Positions 1-11,669 of a stretch of 61,873 nt of DNA are shown here, piece by piece (position 1 is the stretch's first letter; each line of letters opens with the position of its first letter). The notes beneath the pieces were generated by a model. It saw only the letters and a program-made list of their open reading frames with translations. It had not been told where the DNA came from and did not search any database. Position numbers and translations under genes: made by a program. This DNA is from Pocillopora damicornis. Taxonomy: Eukaryota. The DNA is taken from positions 1 through 61,873 of the forward strand of contig NW_020847647.1 of assembly GCF_003704095.1 (NCBI RefSeq). The letters run 5' to 3'.

Positions 1-1085
1 ATAAGAATCCATGTGACTCATGGCGAAATCAAGCGGATTATTTCCTTTCAGAAGGGAGGAGAAGTTTGTAAATTGCGCCCTCATTTCCTCCAAACCTTCT
101 CTGATGTGTTATCGGGTGATATTGCTCCTGAGCATGTCACTTTTCAAGAGTATCTTGGGGACTTTCAAGACTTTGTGGAACTTCCTTCAGATGCAACGCT
201 CGACAATGACATCAAAATCCGAGCCGTAACATTAAAATCGCTAAAACAGGTACTTTCTGTCTACAAATGCAGTGTGCAAAAAAAGCATATCACAGTAATA
301 ATAAAATAAAGAAACAAGTAAACTATGTGATTATGTCAAAACAGGCATGAACGGCAAAAAAAACATCCATGTCCAATCAGACCGTCAATTTGCTCATGAA
401 TGAGTGCGAACCTGTCATTATTTATCTATATTTAACACATTCAGCTCATTCACTGATAAATATAATACACAAGGATTAGTGAAATGCGTTCGATCTATAT
501 TAGGAATAATTTCCAGTTTTGATCCAGTAATTTCGGATTTTCATCTCTTCTGTGGGTTTATCTCGTGTATTATCTCTCAATCAGTAAATAATGCGTGAAG
601 ATAGTGTGATACAGACAAAACGTCACTAAAAGGTCTTTCATTTCCTTGGATAAAATAGAGACGGTTACAGATGGCAAATGATTGGCATACTATTAATGTT
701 TGTTGTACGTTGGCTTCACATATTTATCTGAGCAGTTAAGCTTTAAAAGTACCTTAATAACCTGTCAGTAGGTCATTTTTTCGTATCTTTAAGCATTAAT
801 TAAAATATTTTGCCACATTCCTCCCTAGGCTGCACAAATATCTTCCGCTGAGATTCAACAAGACATGGAACTCCAACGGTGGCCCCGATTGTGGCCCCAT
901 TGTCACTTATTGTATCCATGTTTTCCAATACATGATTTAGGGCCGGGTTCGCCGATGTTTCCAAGGCTTCATCCAATCAAAATAAATACTACATACCAAC
1001 TTTGGAGCCCAGTCAGCAAGATAAACGATGGTTGCATTGAACGTCATTCGCACAATAATATAGTAAATTGTAAAGGGAATTTCAA
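1..1085 (+). CDS. Partial gene, copy A: ubiquitin/PB1-like N-terminal domain plus start of a divergent FGF/IL-1-like beta-trefoil (5' end outside window, 3' end lost in gap 1086-1185)
   Basis: Exon <1-249 (HGEIKRIISFQKGG...FQEYLGDFQDFVEL...KQ|gt, phase 0) splices in frame to the exon starting at 829 (ctag|GCT; AAQISSAEIQQDMELQRWPRLWPHC...TTYQLWSPVSKINDGCIERHSHNNIVNCKGNF). It is clearly paralogous to the minus-strand copy at 1186-4137. Confidence 0.7.
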
Positions 1086-1185
1086 NNNNNNNNNNNNNNN
1101 NNNNNNNNNNNNNNNNNNNNNNNNNNNNNNNNNNNNNNNNNNNNNNNNNNNNNNNNNNNNNNNNNNNNNNNNNNNNNNNNNNNNN

Positions 1186-4137
1186 TCAGCATTTTTCACC
1201 AATGTTGCTTTTCCAGTGTGATCGCAACCCAGGTATAGGTTCTTATCGTTCTTGTTTTGGAACATGGTGTAACTCCAGTAGTAAAGGGGCAAAAAGATAC
1301 ATTTATCGTCGAGTGGCACTCCAATTTGTACCTCCTGTTAAGGTAGAAAACTAGCAAATCCAACCTTATTCTCTGTTTTTTTAAGTTAGACTTTTACTAA
1401 TCATAGAGATGACAGAAGAAGTAATCAAAACTTTAAGTGGAACCATTTTCCTTGTAAATTATTTGATAATAAGTTATCAGTTTCAACATAAAACTTGGTT
1501 GTTACAGATAAAAAAATCAAGGCCCGGCGGGATACCCGTGCCTCTAAGCATCTATCGAGGTCAAAACATGTGTAGTTGTGACACGGATGTTAGTAACCTA
1601 AAGTTAAGCTAGGTCCAAACATTAAGATGGAATAATTACAACAGGCCAACTTTAATTGGTGAGATTGTAGCACAATGTCAGTCAGTCAGTCAGTCAGTTG
1701 GTCAGTCAGTCAGCCCGTCAGTCGGTCAGACAGTCATTCAGTCGGTCGGTGAGTCAGCTAGTAAGTCAGTCAGTCAGTCAGTCAGTCAATCGGTCATTCA
1801 GTTAGTCAGTCGATTGGTTATTCAGGCAGTTGGCTGTTCAGTCGGTCAGTCGGTCGGTCAGTCAGTCAGTCAGTCAGTCAGTTAGTGGGTCATTCAGTCA
1901 GTCGGTCATTCAGTCAGTCGGTCATTCAGTTAGTCAGTCGGTTGGTCGGTCGGTCAATCTTTAGAAACAGGACGTAAGGTGCTAAGGGAACTGTAGTGTT
2001 CGTCGATGGGGTGGGAGTATCATATGAGTTGATAATGTGAATTGGCCCCGTAAAGAGTTCTTAAACTTAAAGCTGCTACTTACTGTTGAGGTAATGTCCT
2101 GTCCTTCTGCATTTCCAGTCAGTACATAGTCCTTTCTATCTGAACTATTTTTAAACTGAAGCGCCACGTAGAAGGTCAAAATGCTTGTTTCATCAATAGC
2201 TTTCATAACAGCTAAAGGAAGTGAAGAAAAAAACATTTGTAATGACCAACTGTTTGCTGACATGGATAGGATTCAATGGATTACTTGAGCATGTACATGT
2301 GTTAAGTCAAAGGGGAGTTTAGTTAAACAGGCCGAGGAATGTCAGACTATAGTAATGAAGATGACAGTAATGATAGAAATGATGTTATAATGTCAATGAT
2401 AATTATTATAATGAGAATGTGTAGATAGGGAAAATTAAAACGACAACGAGAACGGAGACAATGACGATGACGACGACTATGGTAATAGTGATGGTGATGA
2501 TGATGATGATTTCCCAATCATGTCCTTGTTCTTGCTAAAAAGTCGTAACGTCAAACTTACTGTTAATTCCTCCGTTGAAATTTCCTTTGCAATTCACTAT
2601 ATTAGTCTGCGAATGACGTTCAATGCAACCGTCGTTTATCTTGCTGACTGGGCTCCAAAGTTGGTATGTGGTATTTTTTTTGATTGGATGAGGCCTTGAA
2701 AACATCGGCGAACCCGGCCCTAAATTGTTTATTGGAAGCCATGGATACACCATGTGACAATGGGGCCACAATCGGGGCCACTGTTGGGGTTCCATGTCTT
2801 GTTGAATCTCAGCGGAAGATATTTGTGCAGCCTAGGGAGGAGTTTGGCAAAATATTTTTAATTAGTGCTTAAAGTAAAAGTTTAAAATAAACGTTAACAA
2901 GTGTTAATAGTATATCAATCATTTGCCACATGTAACCGTCTCTATTTTATCCGAGGAAATAAAAGACGTTTTATTGACTTTCTGTCAGTATCACACTATC
3001 TTCACGCTTTATTTACTGATTGAGAGATAATACACGAGATACACCCAGAAAAGAGATGAGAATCCAAAATTATTGGATCAAAACTGGAAATTATACATTG
3101 GATTTTGCTACGCCGAGACAAAAATATCTCGGCATTCCTAAGGTAGATCAAACGCACTTCACTAATCCTTGTGTATTATATTTATCAGTGAATGAGCTAA
3201 ATGTGTTCAATACAAATAAATAATAACAGGTTCGCACTCATTCATGAGCCAATTGACGGTCTGATGGGACATGGATGGTTTTTTTGCCGTTCATGCCTGT
3301 TTTGACACAGTTTTCTAGATGTTAGTTATTTTCCTTCTTACTTTAGGTACATTTACTGCATGTTTATCGTCAATAAAATAATATGTACTTATTGACTTCA
3401 TAGGAGAGACGTAAGGGTAAATATTTGGCTGAGGTCATGAAGAATCAAATATTCTCTCTTTTTGCCCGGACCTAACTCGTTCAATATCATACGACCGCCA
3501 CGTTATGTCTTTTTACATTTGCTTCCTGCCTTTTGCATCGTGCATTGCCGTACGTGCGTAATTTCTAGGACCCTCCCGCACCATCTCGTACGGCCCTCTT
3601 ACGGGGATTTTTTAAAATCTTTCAATAAAAGCCTTTGCACGCGCAGATGCTTCCGAAAAGATGAATCAAGTTAAAAGAACGTCAATTTCAGGTCTTCTGA
3701 CACAATGTTGCTTCACTAGAACATCTCATGAGGTACCCTGCAAATGAGCAGTATTTTATTTATTTATTTTTTAACTTTCCATGCCTATAGGCTCCTGTTT
3801 CTGGCTATTTGGCCGTACTGAGCTGAGATTAAGGATATTACTGTAAAACGTGTATACCTTGTTCTCGTTCTTTAGAATGACTATGGCTTTCAGCTTGTCA
3901 TTTTCTTCCAACCCTAGGTCATGTTTGACTTCCACATATTCATTGAAGTTGTGATCAAATTTCTGAAATTTAACATTCCCCGGAGCAACATCTTCTGAGA
4001 GAATATCAGAGAAGGCCCTTAGGAAATGATGACGAAAGGTTTTCAAATCGTCTCCCTTCTTAAAGCGTATAATGCGCTTAGATTCCCCAAAGGTCACTAG
4101 AGCTTCAAGTTTACTCTCCTTTCCATTGCTCAATTTC
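1186..4137 (-). CDS. Partial gene, copy B: ubiquitin/PB1-like domain plus divergent FGF/IL-1-like beta-trefoil
   Basis: In-frame GT-AG exons: 4137-3858 (LVTFGESKRIIRF...FQKFDHNFNEYVEV), 2831-2561 (..YQLWSPVS..VNCKG.., phase 1), 2211-2084 (VMKAIDETSILTFYVALQFKNSSDRKDYVLTG.., phase 0) and 1334-<1186 (EVQIGVPLDDKCIFLPLYYWSYTMFQNKNDKNLYLGCDHTGKATLV). The last three exons have the phase-1/phase-0 intron pattern of FGF cores, with CxF and YLG..G motifs. The start exon was not resolved and the 3' end runs into the gap. Confidence 0.7.
1677..1956. repeat. Degenerate (GTCA)n/(GTCG)n tetranucleotide microsatellite (intronic)
   Basis: Tandem gtca/gtcg units are directly visible. Confidence 0.95.
2350..2510. 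repeat. Degenerate (GAT/GAC/AAT)n trinucleotide low-complexity tract (intronic)
   Basis: atgatgatgatgat and gacgacgac runs. Confidence 0.7.
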
Positions 4138-4992
4138 CTGTGAGGCAAAAAAAGTTTGTTTGAAAAGTTTGGTAAGATAATTGTCAGTAGCGTAAGACTT
4201 TCGCGTACCCCAGTCCTATTCAGATAACCACTTTCGTTGAATTTCTCTTATTGAAAAGAAGTGACATGGAAAGGAGATGAAAGGAATATGAAAAAAAGGT
4301 TATGATTGCAGATACAGGCAAACCGTTACACGGGTATGATCACGCAATCTCCATCCCAAGGACCGTTCACCATCCATCGCCGTGTTTTAGAACCAAAACA
4401 ATGAAAGGTCAGCCACATTTAAGGAAAAAATTTCGAGGGGAACTGATCTTTTTAATTAATTGCTAGTCGCAAATCATAACTTTGCAGCGCGCCTATTGAG
4501 CTATCCAGTTATACATTCTGAAGAAATGTGTTGGGACTCTGATGTGTTGGGACTATGCAGTGCAATCGCATAAGAGTCCCAAGGTAAGAAAGATAGCTTG
4601 TAGTTGTCGAAGTCGGATCTAAAGATTACATGGATGTGTGTGACTAAACTTGGCAATTTGTACGACAGTGTCTCTCTTTTCTCGATACTGTTGTGAAACC
4701 ATTCCCAACTTAAGTTTTTGGACACAGGAACTGTTGGCGGTGACTAAGTCCTTGTATTGGTTTCAACCTTGAATTGAGCCTGCTGAACAGGAAACTTAAT
4801 TTTTTTTACGATCCCTTAAAGACGCCAAAGTGAAACACGTTTTGTTCTAAGAGTGAGTTAATCATTAGAGACATTAGGCATATTCGAGACATTCAACAGA
4901 ACCTTTTCAACGAACAATCCTTCTTCTAAGACTCCCTTCCCTCCTCCCCCCTCCCCCACGTATGCAAATCAAAAGAAATAAAGAAATAGGGA

Positions 4993-5491
4993 CCTTAATA
5001 TACCCCGATTCCGTTAGACGGCTTTTACCGGTAGCCGTACGCGTGAAATGTGGCGGGAAGATCAACTCAAGTAACCCGGACTAAACATGGGAGGACTGGG
5101 AATAACTTCTTGACTTTTGGTAAACATGGCGGCTTTTTGGCCACGTAAGTTTGATAAAGTTCACAAAAATGGTTGGTACAATATTGTCTGCCAAAGGAAT
5201 TTTTCGACTTCGAACCAGTCTCCACCATTCGTTGCTTCCAATGACCAGTCAGCTGGTTTTCGGTAAATTTTTCTTGGTATAACACCGATTAGGCAGCACA
5301 AATTGACTTACACTTTCGTTCTTTTGACTTTTACACTTTTCTGAACGTCTTTTGCTGGTCTTCTCAGCGCGTTAAATGCCATCTACCCTGGATAAACGGC
5401 TAGGTTATCTTGTAGTGAGATGATGTCATTACCAAATATGGTCAAATATGGCGCCCTACCCGTACCCGGTGCGGGTCGGGGTATCTTAAGG
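4993..5491. mobile_element. MITE-like element bounded by terminal inverted repeats
   Basis: ccttaatataccccga (4993-5008) matches the reverse complement of tcggggtatcttaagg (5476-5491) at 15/16. No transposase ORF inside. Confidence 0.45.
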
Positions 5492-7289
5492 CTTTGTTTT
5501 GTTTAGAATCACGGGGTTTAGTTTCTTAATCATCTTGGATACGAGAAAGAATGTTTGAAGATCAGTATTATTTTTGAGCCTAATCAGGAGCCCATCATGG
5601 CTCCTGGCTTAATACAGTAGCAGGATTTTTCTTATTTTCCGCCAGAAAGATTATTTATAGCCACTTGATTTACCTCTTCAGAACCGGAATTCCATCGTGG
5701 TGACGCAATGATTTGTTTCCATATAGGGTTCCTAAGGCCCTGGCACCCTGAAACACCCAAGATCTCCGTGTAATAACTGCCATACTACTGTGGAAGTTTC
5801 AGAAGAACTGTCGGTAACAAATCATATAGCGATACCAAATAAGCACATCTGATCAATGATCATAATTATGGTAAAATTCGCCTAAAAGACACTCCAGATA
5901 CATTTATTTCTACAACAGACCTTGAATCCAGTGTAACCAATAGTTTACAACGACTTGCACGACGTTGATGCCTTATTTACGGGAGTGTTGTGATAAATAA
6001 GCAGTTACGCGACAAAAAAAATTATAGCGAAACTTGCAGAGCGTGGACAATCAGAACGTGAAAGTTAACATTTACACTTTGAAAACCAGAGAAGCGAATT
6101 GTACGAAACACTTGTTGCCATCCCACTCTGCCCGCCGGGTTTTTTCGGTGACAGTTTTTCTTAGAGGTGGGTTAAAGCTTACTTAAGGTTACATTAATTT
6201 CTTTCGCTTAAAGAAAAGGAAATCACATGCGATAAGCCCTCAGACCTCAGACAACGAGATTCATTACAGTTCATTGAGCTGATCCTCTTATGCAACCTGG
6301 TTGAATCTCGCTCGTAAGAAAAACTCACGAGAAAGACGAACTGACGCTGGAAGAGCTTGAAGAGCACAAGGAAAAGTTAACGGTAAGTATGATTCCCCTC
6401 AATCAATAAAACATCGCCATCTTTAACTCGGGTTTATCTTTCTTTTAAAGGGAACCGGTTAGACATTACTGATTTGTCTCACTTTCCTTTATTCCCTATA
6501 TAAACACGAGGAGAAACTGGACAGAAATTATAACCTGTGTTAAGGTAGCCTTCAGAATAAGCGTCATTTTCTGCTTTTTTAGACGAGTGGAGTCACACAC
6601 GAGAAGAAGGGCGCGAGTCTCACCCTTCGAGCGCGTATCGCTCCTCGTGTCTCACTTGATCGTGCATAATGGAGCACCGGAGAAATAAAGAACAGTTTCT
6701 GAGGCCGCATAAGTTTTTGCATTCGTTTTCAGCTCCTTCTCACTTGGTGCATGGTATACCCCAGACGTACACTTCGTAATAATTACGAAGTTATGTTTAT
6801 ACGAAGTTATGGTTATACGAAGCTCTCAACCGCCTCATGGATAAAATAATGACTGATAACACTAACACTGAGATCTTAAAGCAAAAATGTCCAATCCCAA
6901 CTTAAATCTGACGTGTGTAATGGTAGCTGGAAGAAGACGTTTTGCAATGTTTGTTAGCGCATATGTGTACTTACTCTTCTTTATTCGCTGTTTTCCGGGA
7001 TACTCTAACAAGCGAGGTCGGTCGGGCACAGCGCATTCTGAAATACGAGTTGGTCTGCTACGTTTAAATAGCTGTCCTGTACTTGACAGGAAGCTATTGA
7101 CCCATTTCTGACCCAATTTCCGACGCCGACATTGCTCGCGTGCTTATTGATTTGTCATGGAAACAGTTGGGCCCCAACAGAAGTTTTCTAGTTTGCGGAA
7201 ATATCGGAAAGCCATGTACTGTCACGGAACTTTTGTTCCAATATTCATATTTTCTTTCCTTGAGCAGTGCCACAGCGAATACTTCTTTC

Positions 7290-10200
7290 ATGTGAAAGTG
7301 CCAGAGAGATAAGACAGATCCTCAAACCTTATTATTATCTTAGAACCGGATAAAGTTTGAGATTAACGTTTTGAATGAGTCACCAGCTTTAATTAAAAAC
7401 AGCCCTGTTAGAAGTAGATTCAGTAGTTTCTCGGTCAATCCACAACACTCCTCACGATGCGTTGAAATGTATGTTTAAATATGTAGAAGTCTTGAAACGC
7501 TTTGTCCCTTTGTGCGCTTACCAATCAAGAAATAAGCAGTAACAAACTCAAATAAGCGTTGTTCGCTGAACCCCATTGTTAATATTTTCCTTAAGAGGAC
7601 GTTTTATTGTCGTCCGGTTTCGTTTTCTTTCCTGAAAATGCCTCATGCGTTACAGCTGCGTTGCACGGTCCGGGGTTTGTCTCTCAGAACTGTACTCATT
7701 TTTACCTCATGTAAATACAGTAGTTAGAGGTCGTGAATAATTGAAATGCTTCCCTCTTTTGTGTAGAGTTTTCTTCGGCACAACCCGTCTTTTCACCGGG
7801 AAATTTTCTTGAGAGGTAACAAAATATACTGTCTTGGAGAAGGGTTGCTTTATAGTTCGATTCCGGGAAAGATAACACAAGGGAATATTCCAATCTTTTT
7901 AAGGTTATGCGGGGTCATATTTAGCTGTAGGTGATTTACGTCAAATTTTACGTTGATGAGTGTTTAGATGTCAGTACATTCACCGAATGGTTACTTATAA
8001 ATGTTGTAGATGATCACTAACTTTTGCGAAATAGATATCAAATTTAGTGGGATAAATCAAATAAACATTGAAGCAGTAAGTAAGTACTGTATTGTCTTAT
8101 TATTGTTCCGCACTCACGACAGATGAATTGACCGGAAAGGTCTACGAATTGCAAAAATTGTTGAGAATTCGTCCAAGATTATGTACTGTGTGTGCTATAT
8201 CATGGCAGTGAAACAAGGATTGCAAGTAATAAATAACTCCATAGAATCACGCAAAATTATGCTAATGAAGTAATGCAATAAAAAAATCAGACAGAGTCAT
8301 AAATAACGAGAGCATAGTTTCAAGTTAACCGTCTGTTGGGGCAGAGGTCTGTTTGGGTCTGGAGTGCGACTGCGACCACAAACGCGAACACCGCTAACGC
8401 GAGTTTCTGCGCGGCTTTCCAGTGGAAAGATCGAGCAAACCACCATTTATACCAGTGATATCTCTCTCTTCTTCGAAGTAACACCGAGAAACAGTTGGAC
8501 TACATGATGGGATTGATAGAAGATGATATTTGAAGAGGAGACAAACAGATGCCACAAAGATACNNNNNNNNNNNNNNNNNNNNNNNNNNNNNNNNNNNNN
8601 NNNNNNNNNNNNNNNNNNNNNNNNNNNNNNNNNNNNNNNNNNNNNNNNNNNNNNNNNNNNNNNAAGTTGTGAAAAAATCAATTTTCATATTCTCATTTCT
8701 ATAGGATCAAATGCATTCACGCTATCGTATCTTTGTGGCATCTGTTTGTCTTCTCTTCAAATATCATCTTCTATTAATCTCATCATGTAGCCGAACTGTT
8801 TCTCGGTGTCATTGCTAAGAAGCGATGAGATATCACTGGTATGAATGATGGTCTATGCGATCTTTCAAGAGGAAAGCCGCGCAGAAACTCGTGTTAGCGG
8901 TGTTCGTGTTTGTGGTCGCGGTCGCACTCCAGACCCAAACAGACCTCTGCCCCAACAGACGGTTAACTTGAAACTATGCTCTCGTTATTTTTGACACTGT
9001 CTGAATTTTTTATTGCAATACTTATTTAGCACGATTTTGCGTAATTCTATGGAGTTATTTATTACTTGCAATCCTTGTTTCACTGCCATGATATAGCACG
9101 CACAGTACGTACTCTGAAACGAATTGTGTAAAAATCTTAAAAATTTTTGTATTACGTAGACCTTTCCGGTCAATTCATCTGTCTTGAGGGCGAGAAAACC
9201 GAGAAAACATTTAGTTGTTTTACACGTCTTCTAAGTATTTAAAACTTGTAACGCTCTACATTTCTAGGATTCTTGGTACTATGTACGTCGTGCATGAAAA
9301 CTCATTTTCCATCGAAGTTTTCGTTCTCTGGCTCGGATAAATTGGATTTCGTACGTGATATTGTTCGTGGAAGCCGGCAACTAAAAGGGAAAAAAGTTTC
9401 TTTGTTCTCTTTCCCAGAATTCAGTGCCTGAATTGAATTGATTTTTTCCGCTTGTAACGCTAACTTCGTAACTGACTGCTTGAGTTTTATCAAAAGTACT
9501 TACTGACTCAAGGTCTATTTGAATTATTCCACTTGATTTGATATTTATTTCGCATCATCCACAACATTTATAAGTAAATGCTGTGGTGGCTAAAGTGTTA
9601 CTCAGAACTACTGACATCTAAATACTCATTAACTTAGAACAATAACAAACGTCAATTTGACGTAAAGCACCTTCAGCTAAATATAACCTCGCATAACCTG
9701 AAAACAATTGGATTATTCCCTTGTGTTACATTTCCCGGAATCGAACCATAAAGAAACCTTTCTCCAAGACAATATATTGTGTCACTTCTCAAGAAAATTT
9801 CCCAGTGAAAAGACGGGTAGTGCCGAAGAAAACTCTACACAATAGGTCTTAAAATTAGGAAGCATTCCAATCATTCACGACCTTTAACTACTGTTACATG
9901 AATTAATTTTGAGTGCAGTTTTGATTGATGATTGAAAACGGAAATGACGGGACAAACCCCTTACCGTGCAACACGGCTGTAGCGCCTGAGACATTTCAGG
10001 AAAGAAAACGAAACCGGACGACAATAAAACGTCTTCTTGAGGAAAATATTAACAATGGGGTTCACCGAACAACGCCTATTTGAGCTTGTTACTGCTTATT
10101 TCTTGATTGGTAAGCGCACAAAGGGACAAAGCGTTTCAAGGCTTCTACATATTTAAACCTACACATCGACGCATCGTGAGGAGTGTTGTGAATTGATCGA

Positions 10201-10339
10201 GAAACTACTGAATCTATTCCTAGCAGGGCTATTTTAGAGCTGTTGACTCACTCAAAAGGTTAGTCCCAAACTTTATCCGGTTCCAAGCTAATAATAAGAA
10301 GGTTTGAGGATCTCTTCGCTCTCTCCGACATTTTCATAC
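7290..10339. repeat. Large inverted duplication, arms about 7290-8563 and 8727-10339, centred on gap 8564-8663
   Basis: Collinear reverse-complement matches along the arms, e.g. 'cagatgccacaaagatac' / 'gtatctttgtggcatctg' and 'gatcctcaaacctt' / 'aaggtttgaggatc'. The right arm has about 300 bp extra near 9190-9485. Confidence 0.9.
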
Positions 10340-10384
10340 GGTTAAAGTTGAGTATATACTGCGATGATCTTCATTTGCTTAAAA

Positions 10385-10540
10385 AGGTAATTTAGTGTTA
10401 ACAACTGGGTTGAAAACGTAAATTAGCCACCGTAAATCGCTCTGACGAAGGGCTAACGCTCGAAACGTCAGCTTTTTTACTCTTTACGGTGGCTAATTTA
10501 CGTTTTCAACCCAGTTGTTAACACTAAATTACCTGCTATA

Positions 10541-10585
<45 letters not shown>

Positions 10586-10592
10586 TTCATTC
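10385..10592 (+). mobile_element. Penelope-type/retrozyme-like short repeat with a perfect 52-bp inverted repeat around a hammerhead motif
   Basis: 10385-10436 is the exact reverse complement of 10483-10534. The spacer holds a hammerhead core. The tail 'ctctcccaccgacgcagcaccacagtttctttagaaacttacccc' resembles, from memory, a common coral interspersed repeat. Confidence 0.7.
10439..10472 (+). ncRNA. Minimal type I hammerhead ribozyme
   Basis: GCT-CTGACGA-A-GGGC-TAAC-GCTC-GAAA-CG-TC-AGC: intact CUGANGA and GAAA boxes, stem II GGGC/GCTC, stem I GCT/AGC, palindromic ACGT mini-stem III, and GUC cleavage triplet (cut after 10469). Confidence 0.8.
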
Positions 10593-11669
10593 ACTGAAAA
10601 TCAGCAGCTGATTTCTCAGAAAGAATAACAAAATAGGTTTCTGAAGTATTCACAAGAGAAATGCTACAATAACAAGGTTTGTCAGGTCTGTCTAGGTGGA
10701 AAGTTCAAAGCAACTCTGGGGAAATGACTGTGTTTCAGGCCTAATAACCAAATTGGTCAAATACAGATACAGTTCAGTGCAAAAATATTATGTCTCACTC
10801 TGAGTCAAGTAGTTGGCCTTTTGGCGTAAGCCTATTAGTGTTGATCGTTCAGAGGCATTGAGTCTACGGAAATGGAACGGAAAGAATGCAACATTTCCTT
10901 TCAGCAGCGCTCACAAATGGAGTTTTTTTAACAGCGTTCAGCTGATCATGACTCTCAGACAGCTGTACAAACTAAACTATCTTGTGCTCTGTATCCAGAA
11001 TCTCTTGAGGCACAATGGTCCAAGGGACTTTCTTTGTTTCTCAAGTAAACTATCTACCCCAAGAAATACAGTGCTAATGATTTCAGTTGCATCAAATCAA
11101 ATGACTGATTGCATGCTTATTGGTATGACTTTCAAAGTTGAATCAGTGTCAAATTAAGACATATTATGACAGCTCTTATTTTCCTTAAGTTTTGGAAATG
11201 TTTTTGATTTTTGCAACTGGTAATATTCTTCCACAAATATCTGAGCATATTTGCACAACAGATGGAGGCTACAGTTTCTCTGTTAATCATGAATCAAAGC
11301 TTAATGTTTCAGCTTTGTACTTCAGACGAATAATATATTAATAATCCAATTTGTATCATCATTCACTGAAATGATGTCATAATCTTCCAGATGTTATTGT
11401 GTGGCTGAACTCTACTTATTACTAACCTTGGTTGGAGATGGGAAGAGTGGGCATAGTTAAGGAGTTTTTAAATGTAGAGGTGGCAAATTTTCTATCCTTA
11501 ACTCTGTCTCTAAATTTCATATACCCCTCGCTAGAGTACAGCTTGACTCTTCACCCACACTTTTGTTTGCCTCCCACCAGCTTGCATCTTTAAATGTTTA
11601 CTTTTAGCACAGATTCTTTGGACCAAGGACTGGCCCAACTTTCCTGGACTGTAATGCTTTGCTCAAGAG

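Larger units (their letters stand above)
334..3307. repeat. Inverted duplication, arms about 334-1085 and 2576-3307, with gap 1086-1185 lying between them
   Basis: Intron and exon sequence of copy A is the diverged reverse complement of 2576-3307, e.g. 'aaaacaggcatgaacggcaaaa' vs 'ttttgccgttcatgcctgtttt'. Confidence 0.9.

Noticed and set aside
1044-1221. ORFs spanning N-runs (also 8394-8790, 17952-18215, 48861-49106, 60524-60826)
   Set aside because: Frame continuity through placeholder gaps is artificial.
4501-5285. Minus-strand ORFs as possible 5' exons of the Ubl-trefoil gene
   Set aside because: The 4.5-4.8 kb segment has an in-frame TAG after the best acceptor, and the 5067-5285 ORF lies inside a TIR-bounded element. 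I could not build a consistent model.
6771-6822. Exact 13-bp loxP arm TATACGAAGTTAT (6798-6810) within short tacgaagttat repeats and a small palindrome
   Set aside because: There is no partner arm at 8-bp spacing and no vector context. It is best explained as a local tandem micro-duplication.
6200-7292. Exon-like pieces (EKDELTLEELEEHKEKLT|gtaagt; ISDADIARVLIDLSWKQLG, faintly death-domain-like)
   Set aside because: Stops and frame conflicts prevent a coherent gene. The similarity is too weak to call without a search.
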